Positions 9,602 to 18,003 of a stretch of DNA of 64,000 nt are shown piece by piece. Made by a program: the position numbers and the translations under genes. The DNA comes from a virus: UHGV virus genome UHGV-0312576, one strand, 5' to 3'. Numbering within the stretch: the stretch's first letter is position 1; every line of letters begins with the position of its first letter. Under the pieces are notes generated by a model that was given only the letters and a program-made list of their open reading frames with translations, did no database searches and had not been told where the DNA came from.

Positions 9602-9618
9602 GGATGCTCCCCTTTTTG
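9593..9618 (+). terminator. rho-independent terminator after the ligase gene
   Basis: GGGGAG-8nt-CTCCCC hairpin followed by TTTTT. Confidence 0.7.
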
Positions 9619-9636
9619 ACATACAAAAGCCTGATG

Positions 9637-10347
9637 TTATTTGCATTTTCTTGCTACATAAGTAACTACCTTTGTATACAGATGACTAATTATTGAATCC
9701 CGTGGAATATCATATTCTTGTTTGCTAACAGAATACTTTAATATATTCCATCCACTAAAAATATCATTTAAATATTCCTGTATTTTTCCAGTTGAAAGGT
9801 TTACTTCAAATTGTGCGTCTAAGTTTTCTTGTGTATCTAAATTTATTTCTTTAATATCAGAATTTATTACTAAACAGACAATACCATCTTTTCGCAATCC
9901 ATTTTTGATTTCAAACAATTTTTTAATAAATGATTGTTCAGTGTCAATATGTTCTAATGCAGATATTGCCATAATAAAATCAAAGGCATTAACACTAATA
10001 TCATATTCTTCAATAGATTTTACAATTCCAATAATGTGTGAACTCACATTATGTTCTTTAGCGTTTTGACGGAGTTTTTCAATTGCAACTTCCAATAAAT
10101 CAACACATTCTACAGTACAATTTATGTTTTTATATTTTTCCGCAATGTAAATACAGTTACGACCAATACCACACCCCAAGTCCAATACTTGAAGCTTATC
10201 GTATCCGTTAAATAAAGGGCATATATCCTGTACTGTTTTTATGGGTTTACGTAACCAAGTGTTTGATTGATATAGTTTTTCATTAGTATATATCGCAACA
10301 TGTGACATTTTCTCATTCGCTCGAATATGTGCTAATCTTTCATCCAA
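9637..10347 (-). CDS. class I SAM-dependent methyltransferase (TehB-like)
   Basis: Motif I 'VLDLGCGIGRN' and overall TehB-like layout. 236 aa. Confidence 0.7.
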   Translation of the reverse strand: MDERLAHIRANEKMSHVAIYTNEKLYQSNTWLRKPIKTVQDICPLFNGYDKLQVLDLGCGIGRNCIYIAEKYKNINCTVECVDLLEVAIEKLRQNAKEHNVSSHIIGIVKSIEEYDISVNAFDFIMAISALEHIDTEQSFIKKLFEIKNGLRKDGIVCLVINSDIKEINLDTQENLDAQFEVNLSTGKIQEYLNDIFSGWNILKYSVSKQEYDIPRDSIISHLYTKVVTYVARKCK

Positions 10348-10379
10348 TTTTATTCACCTCAATAAATATATCTGTTTGA

Positions 10380-11400
10380 TACCCAAACTTTGACTAATTA
10401 TAGCATGTATTTGTGTACATGAAAACGATAAGTTCGGTGAGGAGATTCGGAAGTGAGGAGATTTCATTGAAATACAAGGGATTTTTGAGATTTTGTGGTG
10501 TGATTTAGGATGAGTGAGAGGTGTTATTTCCTTATATAAAGGTCGAGTTCGGGAAAGTGCTTGATTTATAGGGAGTTTTAGGGGGGAGGAGAGTGATTTT
10601 GCAGTATTTTGGGGCGAAAATAAATTATCTGAAAATTTAGTTTTCGTTGTAAATGCGTTGTTTTACCGAACTCGATACCGAACGTGCTTTGAGTAAATAT
10701 GTAAATTGTGTGGACGTTTGGTACAATTATAAGGGGTGTTTTGGGTGCCAGAAAGTGAAAATTTTAAGGTTATGTGTGGGTGGAACAGATAGGGGCATTT
10801 GGTGAAAATGGGATTAACTGGGAAATGTAAACATACCCCCACCTATGGTATAGACAGCAAAAACCCTTGATAAATAAGGGCAAAATCAAAAATGCGTACT
10901 TTTGTTATTAGTACGCATTGTAAATGATTTCCAACTATGTGATATAGTATTGATTACTATAAATATTGCGTTGTAAAAACAACAAAATATATCGAACTGT
11001 ATACTTGTTTAAACAAGGCTGAAATTGTCTGACAATAACATGTTTAAACAAGTTCGACACAACGCTGTTTCGACAACATAACTGGCATGGTCAATACTTC
11101 AAAATCTATCACTATCAACCATGCCAGTCGTTCCTGGATATGTTACACCTACATCAATACACACCCAATAAATCAATCTACAATCCAATACCCCACACAA
11201 CGTACCACAATCAAATCCTAGCCATTTAACATCCACACTCTAACGACTATCCACCCACATCACAAACCAGCCTTAAAACGTCTCACAATGTGTCACATCG
11301 TTCCTGGCTCCATTACAAAATCCTATCCCTACATTATAATGTCCACAATCTAATCACATATGCCCATATAGCGCACCACAACGGCCCACAATCCATTTTA
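10380..11400. other. About 1 kb non-coding tract carrying repeats, a perfect inverted repeat and a G-rich to C-rich strand-composition switch
   Basis: No ORF of 60 aa or more with an RBS on either strand. The + strand is G-rich at 10380-10870 and C/A-rich at 11050-11400. Nested long-range complementarity: GTTCGGT (10427) pairs with ACCGAAC (10678), and CGAGTTCGG (10544) with CCGAACTCG (10666). Four CCACAATC-like repeats (11177-11378). TCGTTCCTGG occurs twice. Perfect 10-bp inverted repeat CTGGCATGGT...ACCATGCCAG around 11085-11131. Confidence 0.3.
10878..10919 (-). terminator. terminator hairpin (AATGCGTAC/GTACGCATT) with a U-run on the minus strand
   Basis: 9-bp stem at 10891-10899 / 10911-10919. 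The T-run on the minus strand is the complement of 10881-10890. It would end a leftward transcript coming from the repressor gene. Confidence 0.55.
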
Positions 11401-11405
11401 CGCTA

Positions 11406-11669
11406 TCAGTCAATATCAATATATAGGTTACATCCAATAGCCTTACATAATGTGTATATAATATTGATTCCAGGATTAGGAGTCCTACCAGCTAATAAAT
11501 TACTAACTGTCTGACGTGACCATCCTGTAATATTGCAAATATCTTTTTGGCGCAATCCTTTGTCAATCATTATGTGTTTAATTTGTTTCATAATATCATT
11601 AACATTGCCACTGTATTCTAGTTTCATTCTATCCTCCAAATGGGTAGTATTATAGTATAACATATCCAC
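11406..11669 (-). CDS. XRE-family HTH transcriptional regulator (cI-like repressor, switch module 1)
   Basis: 87 aa. 'QKDICNITGWSRQTVSNLLAG' is a classic XRE helix-turn-helix. Divergent from the early + strand operon. Confidence 0.7.
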   Translation of the reverse strand: MDMLYYNTTHLEDRMKLEYSGNVNDIMKQIKHIMIDKGLRQKDICNITGWSRQTVSNLLAGRTPNPGINIIYTLCKAIGCNLYIDID

Positions 11670-11852
11670 ACATTGTATTGCAATGACAAAACATTGTTGA
11701 TTTTTACAAAAATATTATAGCATAATTTGTGCACTATTTTCGCAAGAAAAGTATTGTAATAACAATACAAGTATGCTATATTATAAGTGTCCCAAGGGAC
11801 AGGGCGCAAGCCCTACAACATAATAGCAACAATCGGCACCTTGATAATTGAA

Positions 11853-11881
11853 TAGACTTTACACTCCCAACATGGTATAAT
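11853..11881 (+). promoter_or_regulatory. extended -10 promoter (TGgTATAAT) for the early + strand operon
   Basis: TGGTATAAT at 11873-11881 with TAGACT 17 nt upstream. A mirror-image TGcTATAAT on the minus strand around 11724-11736 could drive the repressor. Confidence 0.4.
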
Positions 11882-11922
11882 CAATCCATATCAACCCGAC
11901 AACGTGGGAAGGTGGTGAGACA

Positions 11923-12192
11923 ATGACAGACAGCGAGTTATTACAAGCGATATACAGCGACATGCAAGAGTTAAAACAGCGCGTGACTGGTATCGAGATA
12001 ACGCTTGAAAACGAAACCAATAAAAACATTAAGCTACTGGCTGAAAACCATGGAAACTTGATTGACAAGCTAAATCAAGCCATTAAAGTATCTGATAAGA
12101 CGGCAATATATGAGATCCAAGTTAATATCCTTACTAGTAAGGTAGAGAAACTCGAAAAGGAAATGGCTGAATTAAAGAATCGGATAGCATAG
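11923..12192 (+). CDS. small coiled-coil protein, paralog 1 of 3 (89 aa)
   Basis: ORF track. RBS AAGGTGGTGAG. Shares 'I.LENE..K.I..L.E.HG.L...L' with the genes at 12206 and 12830. Confidence 0.55.
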   Translation: MTDSELLQAIYSDMQELKQRVTGIEITLENETNKNIKLLAENHGNLIDKLNQAIKVSDKTAIYEIQVNILTSKVEKLEKEMAELKNRIA

Positions 12193-12205
12193 TGGGAGGG
12201 ATTTT

Positions 12206-12397
12206 GTGACAGACAATGAGTTATTACTTGCTCTATCAGACATGTTAGAAACAAAATTACAGCCAATAAAGGACGACATCCAATGTTTATATAAGTTAAT
12301 ATCACAGACTGAGCGTGAAATTAACTGCATCGTCCGTTTGATGGATCTATCATCCAAGGTTAATGAATTGGAAAAGAAAGTAAACGATTTAAAATAA
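12206..12397 (+). CDS. small coiled-coil protein, paralog 2 of 3 (63 aa, GTG start)
   Basis: ORF track. RBS GGGAGGG. N-terminal 'MTDNELL' parallels 'MTDSELL' of paralog 1. Confidence 0.45.
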   Translation: MTDNELLLALSDMLETKLQPIKDDIQCLYKLISQTEREINCIVRLMDLSSKVNELEKKVNDLK

Positions 12398-12526
12398 CCA
12401 TACAGAGTGTAAAGCCTATTGAATTATTAAGGGGTTTACACTCTTTTTAATTGGAGTACATACGTTGTCAAGTAGGTGGGAGGTGTGATATAATTTCCTT
12501 ATTATAATAAGGCAGGTATATGATAT

Positions 12527-12745
12527 ATGACAGATATACGTACTAATCAAGAGCTCTTGCAGGTAGTAAATAAGATAATAAAAGACTCTGGTATTAAAAA
12601 GACTGCACTAGCTCAAAAGATAGGACTATCAAGGCAAGGACTTGATAACCTGTTAAAAAAGCAATCTTTTTCAATTGACGATGCAAATCGTATATTAAAT
12701 GTATTGCATTATACTGTAACAGCAAAAATGGACGAAATAAAATAG
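12527..12745 (+). CDS. XRE-family HTH protein (Cro-like)
   Basis: 'KKTALAQKIGLSRQGLDNLLKK' HTH. 72 aa. Confidence 0.6.
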   Translation: MTDIRTNQELLQVVNKIIKDSGIKKTALAQKIGLSRQGLDNLLKKQSFSIDDANRILNVLHYTVTAKMDEIK

Positions 12746-12829
12746 TTTACAAAAACGCAATAAAACACTTGACATTCTATCGGCATAGCGTTATACTTGA
12801 TTCAAGAGTTAAGGAAAGGAGAAAACAGC

Positions 12830-13120
12830 ATGACAGAAACAGAAAAACTCATTCTTGAAAAACTGGACGAATTAGGACAGGGATTAAAGGAAGTAAATGA
12901 ACGTACTACAAGGATTGAGGAAAGAACTACTCGCATTGAATTAACCGTTGAAAACGAGATTAGCAAGAAAATCGACATTATCGGTGAGGGTCATGATTTC
13001 CTTAAACAGCGTCTTGATGAAGCCCTTCAGATGGAAAAGAAACGCGAAAGCATGGAACTTGAATTAATCAATCTCCGCATGGAAATTAAGAAAATCAAAG
13101 AGCATTTAGACATTGCATAA
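12830..13120 (+). CDS. small coiled-coil protein, paralog 3 of 3 (96 aa from the RBS-supported ATG)
   Basis: AAGGAAAGGAG RBS 8 nt before the ATG at 12830. 'IELTVENEISKKIDIIGEGHDFL' aligns with paralog 1 'ITLENETNKNIKLLAENHGNL'. Confidence 0.5.
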   Translation: MTETEKLILEKLDELGQGLKEVNERTTRIEERTTRIELTVENEISKKIDIIGEGHDFLKQRLDEALQMEKKRESMELELINLRMEIKKIKEHLDIA

Positions 13121-14250
13121 TGACAGAGGAATTGACGGTGTAGCCGTGGGGAATTCAGTTTCCCAATTCCATTCGCCGTAACAAACGGTGACAATAGACG
13201 TAACTACAACGTACTATAAAAAATCGTAGGACAGATACTGCTATCTAAGTAAGTAGCAGCGTATAGGTCAAAACGATAGCTAGTGATCTTAATACCTGCC
13301 CATAAGGTAATTCGGACAATCGAGTAGGGGAAGTTCCGAAAGTGTCGTAACGTGAAACCTTATAGAGAGGGGGCGGAAAGTACCTCTTACAATAGAAAAG
13401 GGGCGGAGCTACTAACTCCACCCAATTCACGGGAACACATTGATATGTGAACCTCTCATTCGCAATTTGAGGATATCACATTTCAACGATTCTGTCAATT
13501 CTGACAGAAAAATTCCCTAAAACAAATTGAGCGCATTTTCTCATTCTGTATTTTTGACTACGGAACGTGTATTAAAGTCGCTCAAAAAAAAGAGAACTAA
13601 TAATGTGTGATATGGTGGTGTGCCTATCACATGGCAAACAAGACAGGTTTTAGAGACTGTACAAGAGGTTAAAGAAATCATAGTTGATTATTTAACACAT
13701 TCTCTAAATAGAGAAAACGGAACGAGATAAGCGCCGTAAAACTGCTATCCGTGTTAGCCGAAACACGCTGGTGACATCCGGGACGATATTAGGTAATCAG
13801 TTAAATATTATCAGATGTTACGCGAATAACCAACGCAAAAATCGGACTACCCAATAAGGGATAGACAACTACATATAAAAGTTTTGGATTATTTAAAGTA
13901 AATAGTCCAACGGTGTGGCCGTGGTAAGCTGTAACCGTGATGATAGACTTTTTCTATCATATGGATAATATCGTAGTCTTTTCAATAATTAGCGCGCTAG
14001 AGGATGGAGCGGGTGAAAATGGGGATGTGATACCATATCATAATAGGAAAGTAAACCATTGTGGACAAAAGCTAATGTTAAAGTCTAAACAGCCGTAGAG
14101 AATGAACGGCAGACGAAAGACGAAAAACTTACATATTACAGGTAGTCAATCACGACTGCTTTTTATTATTTACCATGCAAAGAATACAATCAACTTGTTT
14201 GCATGGATAAGTGATAAAGAGAATATCAACGATAAGAAGTGGAGGGAACA
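13121..14250. other. About 1.1 kb non-coding tract dense in local hairpins. Candidate structured RNA.
   Basis: No convincing ORF. Many short perfect stems, including GGGAA/TTCCC, CCGT/ACGG, CTGCT/AGCAG, TTCGGA/TCCGAA, AGAGG/CCTCT, CGTGTT/AACACG and TGTGATA/TATCACA. Repeated AGGGGCGGA motif. Confidence 0.3.
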
Positions 14251-14252
14251 CA

Positions 14253-14417
14253 ATGAATGGTACAAAAGTAATTTATGGTTACAAGGATCTTGATCATGCA
14301 ATCATGTGTACAGTAAAGGATCTGATCTTTAAAGGTATGGATATCTTAATAGTAGCAGAATGTGCAGGCGGTACAATCACGGCACCGGTTGAAATGTTTC
14401 AGTGGATGGAGGTATAA
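14253..14417 (+). CDS. small hypothetical protein (54 aa)
   Basis: GGAGGG RBS 6 nt before the ATG at 14253. In frame with ORF-track entry 14211-14417. Confidence 0.4.
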   Translation: MNGTKVIYGYKDLDHAIMCTVKDLIFKGMDILIVAECAGGTITAPVEMFQWMEV

Positions 14418-14589
14418 GCCGTGTGCAGTGCGGGATGGTTCAGAACTGGAAGTATATTCCGGAACCTGGAGTGAATGTCTAAACTATTGCCGTCAGCGGA
14501 ATTGGAAGTGGATTGCACCTCATTGGGCATTAGAATTCACTACATATCCGGTCTTATAGTTCTAAATCAATATTTCAAGGGAGGCAAGC

Positions 14590-14769
14590 ATGAAAAAATA
14601 TTTAGTATCATTTATGAAAAATGGAGAACTTTTTGAAACAATAGTAACGGCTAATAATTCATTTGATGCGAGAGAATGTATATCAATTAAATACGAAATT
14701 CCAATGAATTTTGAAATTGGAAATAATGAAGATGAAAAAAATCATGTAAGTGCGGTAATTAAACTATAA
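14590..14769 (+). CDS. small hypothetical protein (59 aa)
   Basis: AAGGGAGG RBS. ATG at 14590, TAA at 14767. Confidence 0.45.
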   Translation: MKKYLVSFMKNGELFETIVTANNSFDARECISIKYEIPMNFEIGNNEDEKNHVSAVIKL

Positions 14770-14816
14770 AATCAATGAAATATCACATTTGTAACACCAG
14801 AGAGGAAGAATAACAA

Positions 14817-14963
14817 ATGGAAAGAAAGTTTTATGACCCTGAATATGACAGAATAGTTGATGAATCAGTACCTAAAAAACAATATGCATGGTTCAGTGCG
14901 CAGTCGTGGTTTCATCAATCCTATGATGACTTTTTAGCAGAAAATTTCACAGTCATTGAATAA
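14817..14963 (+). CDS. small hypothetical protein (48 aa)
   Basis: GAGAGGAAG RBS. ATG at 14817, TAA at 14961. Confidence 0.4.
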   Translation: MERKFYDPEYDRIVDESVPKKQYAWFSAQSWFHQSYDDFLAENFTVIE

Positions 14964-14974
14964 AGGGGCACTAT

Positions 14975-15181
14975 ATGAAAGATAGACAAATTGAGCACAA
15001 AGTTATCAATGGCCTATTAAAACAAGGATATCAGCCAGATAAAGCTGTTTTAGAGGACATACGGAAAACTATAGTGAGGGAATCCATAGACAAATATCAT
15101 CCGTACTACATCCTGGGATTAGTCTGTGACTATGGCTTTTATTTGGGCGTAAAGGGTACACAATTTGAGGTCCCATTATAG
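14975..15181 (+). CDS. hypothetical protein (68 aa)
   Basis: ORF track. RBS AAGGGG. Confidence 0.45.
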   Translation: MKDRQIEHKVINGLLKQGYQPDKAVLEDIRKTIVRESIDKYHPYYILGLVCDYGFYLGVKGTQFEVPL

Positions 15182-15209
15182 AATATATACGCAAGGAAGG
15201 GTGGGAGAA

Positions 15210-15386
15210 ATGAAAACTATAACTACAATTTTAATCACGGCAGCAATTACGGCGCTCATTACAGCGTCTATTTTAATGCACAAATCTAATTATCTCAATA
15301 TGTCCAATGTGACAGACTTTAGAGTCACAGATACGGGGCTAATGCTCTATACAGAGGATGGCGCAGGATGGTACTGGGAACGATAA
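15210..15386 (+). CDS. small membrane protein (58 aa, one TM helix)
   Basis: AAGGAAGGGTGGGAG RBS. Hydrophobic 'ITTILITAAITALITASIL' segment. Confidence 0.5.
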   Translation: MKTITTILITAAITALITASILMHKSNYLNMSNVTDFRVTDTGLMLYTEDGAGWYWER

Positions 15387-15392
15387 TTAGGG

Positions 15393-15416
15393 CATATACA
15401 CGTCACAGTGTATATG
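15393..15416. promoter_or_regulatory. palindrome CATATACAC-N6-GTGTATATG sharing the CACGYYACAGTGT core with the 4.6-kb sites
   Basis: Perfect 9-bp arms. Lies directly after the stop of the 15210 gene. Confidence 0.35.
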
Positions 15417-15603
15417 CTCATTTGCTTATGGGAGAGATACATAATGGATTTTGTAACAGCATTATTGATATTGGCCAGAGGTTATGTAGTCAGACTTGCC
15501 CATGATATTATGGGAGATTAAAAGAGGTATTTCTTTGGGAATATCTCTTTTTTAGTGGAATGAAATAGAGAATACATATAACGAAAGGGAACAAGGTGAG
15601 ACT

Positions 15604-15783
15604 ATGGCTTATAAAAGGAAAACAGTTGATAGATGGGACATATTAGGTAATTGTGGCTATGGATGGGAAGTTGAAAATTCCGAATACACAAGAGAAGACG
15701 CAAAGCGAAGCTTGAAAGAATATAGGGAAAACTGCAATTACCCTATTAAGATGGAAAAGCACAGAGAAAAAATTGAAGAATAA
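15604..15783 (+). CDS. small hypothetical protein (59 aa)
   Basis: ATG at 15604 with an upstream GGTGAG. TAA at 15781. Confidence 0.4.
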   Translation: MAYKRKTVDRWDILGNCGYGWEVENSEYTREDAKRSLKEYRENCNYPIKMEKHREKIEE

Positions 15784-15797
15784 GAAAGGTTAAAACG

Positions 15798-16319
15798 GTG
15801 GAGATTATGACAAGAGAAATTACAACAATTTTAGAAGCAAGTAGAGAATGGGTTGGAACTTTTAATGCTTTTCCTTTGGAAATGATAACAAAACTATTTA
15901 ATATAGACGTTGATGGTTGGAGAGAAATTACCCCTATTTCAAAAGGTTGTAGAGTATGGAGTAATAAAAATCAGGAGATGGGTTATATAAAAGAGATAAA
16001 AGAAAATGAAGATAGGGAAGAAATTGCAGTTATTGAACTTGACAATGGAGAAAAAGTTGAGGAATTAAAAGAAGATTTAAGCAGAGAAGAAGATGATTAC
16101 TTTCCTATGTGGGGGACAATGTGGCAGTTTTCCGATTCTTGTGATAATTGGTGGCTTGAAAATCATCTTAATGAAATGGCCGATTGTGGCTTTAGGATTT
16201 ATGAATCAGATGAATTTGGCTACTTCTTCGGAATAGATGGTGCCGGATATGATTTTTATGAAGCACACTGGATTCCTTTATACAATAAGCGTGGTTTACA
16301 ATGGCATACAACCGTATAA
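15798..16319 (+). CDS. hypothetical protein (173 aa)
   Basis: ORF track. Confidence 0.5.
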   Translation: MEIMTREITTILEASREWVGTFNAFPLEMITKLFNIDVDGWREITPISKGCRVWSNKNQEMGYIKEIKENEDREEIAVIELDNGEKVEELKEDLSREEDDYFPMWGTMWQFSDSCDNWWLENHLNEMADCGFRIYESDEFGYFFGIDGAGYDFYEAHWIPLYNKRGLQWHTTV

Positions 16320-16344
16320 ATACGAAAAGAAAGGCGGTACATAT

Positions 16345-16533
16345 ATGAAAGAATGGAACGGGAAACCCGTTAAGAAGTGGAATAGCGCTATGGACCAGAA
16401 CGGGAACAAGGTTGGCAAAATTTTCTATGAGGACGGCACAACGGAGATTGTCAGAGGTGGAAACGCTGCACAGTTACCATGGACAAGTGATAAAAACTAT
16501 AAGTCACTGTCTGGACTATATGGGAGCAAATAG
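16345..16533 (+). CDS. small hypothetical protein (62 aa)
   Basis: AAAGGCGG RBS. Internal Met of ORF-track entry 16237-16533. Confidence 0.4.
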   Translation: MKEWNGKPVKKWNSAMDQNGNKVGKIFYEDGTTEIVRGGNAAQLPWTSDKNYKSLSGLYGSK

Positions 16534-16546
16534 GGAGGATAGTATT

Positions 16547-16819
16547 ATGTATGGAATGAAAGAGATAGGGAAATACAATGTTGATTATGAAGGCTTGTCT
16601 TATGATGGAAAAATTCCTTATCAAATGGTTATCATTGCTGAGTTTGATGGAGATAAGGAACTATCAAGGAAAAGGTTTTATTTTAGAGATAATATTGGAT
16701 TAAATAGATTTTATATTATGCCACCATTAGGAACGGAAGAACAGATTGAGGATATTTTACAATATCCTGATAATTCAAAGATCAGAGTATATAATCAGAT
16801 GGTCATTGAAAGAGAATGA
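16547..16819 (+). CDS. hypothetical protein (90 aa)
   Basis: GGGAGGA RBS. Internal Met of ORF-track entry 16412-16819. Confidence 0.45.
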   Translation: MYGMKEIGKYNVDYEGLSYDGKIPYQMVIIAEFDGDKELSRKRFYFRDNIGLNRFYIMPPLGTEEQIEDILQYPDNSKIRVYNQMVIERE

Positions 16820-16846
16820 AAGGTAGATTTCCAGAGGAGTAAAAAA

Positions 16847-17023
16847 ATGGTCTATCAATGGGAATTAGATAAAATTAAAGAATGGAGCACGGAAACAATC
16901 AAAAATTATATATGGTCGGCTGTCAGTGTTGGTCAGCCTGTGCCGGGATGTATATCTGTAGAGGCATTAAGGCAGGAACTTGTAAGCAGAGGGGAAAAAC
17001 CGAAGGGTTATCATAATACATAA
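16847..17023 (+). CDS. small hypothetical protein (58 aa)
   Basis: GAGGAG RBS. ATG at 16847, TAA at 17021. Confidence 0.4.
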   Translation: MVYQWELDKIKEWSTETIKNYIWSAVSVGQPVPGCISVEALRQELVSRGEKPKGYHNT

Positions 17024-17095
17024 CAGAATATCGAATAACTGAAGGAAGGTTTAGCAGCCTTCCTTTTATAATACGGAAAATTGGAGGATAAAATT

Positions 17096-17512
17096 ATGTT
17101 AAATATAGCAAAGTTTCAGAACAATTTCAAAGTGACTATTCAAGGCGGAATCAAAATGGTTAACGAGTGGACTAAAGAAGGAGAGGGGAAATTTTGTCAG
17201 TACTCCGGTATGGAATATTATAATGGGAACTTTGATGTAGATATTCATGCTATTAATAGAATTGGTGAGCTGTTACTTGCATATATCAATAAATGCAATT
17301 ATTCAGACTTCAAAGAATCCGATTTATCTATTATAGATAATAGAGTTTCTTGGAGCCAAATAGAAGACGCCGATTGTAATATTTTGGATACAACGGAGGA
17401 ACAAGAGCGGGAAGAAAAGTGTTACATATGCGATTATACCGTATTCGTATCCATCAACGGTATTGAACTAGAAGAATACGATTTAAGAGAAATGCTACCA
17501 AAGGCAAATTAA
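17096..17512 (+). CDS. hypothetical protein (138 aa)
   Basis: ORF track with a GGAGG RBS at the internal Met. Confidence 0.5.
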   Translation: MLNIAKFQNNFKVTIQGGIKMVNEWTKEGEGKFCQYSGMEYYNGNFDVDIHAINRIGELLLAYINKCNYSDFKESDLSIIDNRVSWSQIEDADCNILDTTEEQEREEKCYICDYTVFVSINGIELEEYDLREMLPKAN

Positions 17513-17624
17513 ACCCGAAGAAATTGTGATTTTTTGTGAACAGTTAGAAGGCATTACGGAGAATACATACCGTAGTGCCTTTTATAGTGTCCATAATCGG
17601 CAAAATCATAGGAGGGTAAGGAAT

Positions 17625-17900
17625 ATGTTAAAGGAGATTAAAACAAGCTGCTATGAGCCGTTATATACGCTCACAGAAGCGGAAAAGATTATTGATTTGC
17701 AGAGGTCCAGGAGAAGTAAGAATCAAAAACGAGTAAGTATTTGCTTTTTCAAACAAAGAGCATGTGGTGCTCTAATGATTGTTTTTGGTTGTGTGGTTGC
17801 AGTTATTGACAACACGGCGGGAATGGCTGCTATTGTCTGCATTGCGATAGGTATTGGGCTTGTTATCACTCGCCAGATTGTAATGATGTTTAGGAGGTAA
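17625..17900 (+). CDS. small membrane protein (91 aa)
   Basis: AGGAGGG RBS. C-terminal hydrophobic helices. Confidence 0.45.
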   Translation: MLKEIKTSCYEPLYTLTEAEKIIDLQRSRRSKNQKRVSICFFKQRACGALMIVFGCVVAVIDNTAGMAAIVCIAIGIGLVITRQIVMMFRR

Positions 17901-18003
17901 CGAGACTATGATTACGGAAATTATTATCACCGGAGTTTGAGGAATATCTGAAGGATAAGAAATGCATACAGTAATTATTATAATCAAATGGAGAGATAAC
18001 ACC

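Noticed and set aside
11177-11385. CCACAATC repeats as DnaA boxes
   Set aside because: The match to TTATCCACA is only 6 of 9 positions. The repeats are kept as an unexplained iterated motif rather than called an origin.
11290-11514. + strand 74-aa ORF across the repressor 3' end
   Set aside because: It overlaps the XRE repressor gene on the other strand and extends into the repeat-rich non-coding tract. No RBS.
13590-13625. 'GTTTTAGAG' string resembling the start of a type II CRISPR repeat
   Set aside because: It is a single occurrence. There is no array of direct repeats with spacers and no cas genes in the window.
14362-14559. + strand 65-aa ORF overlapping the 14253-14417 small gene
   Set aside because: It is in a different frame with no RBS. 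The 14253 gene has a GGAGGG RBS.
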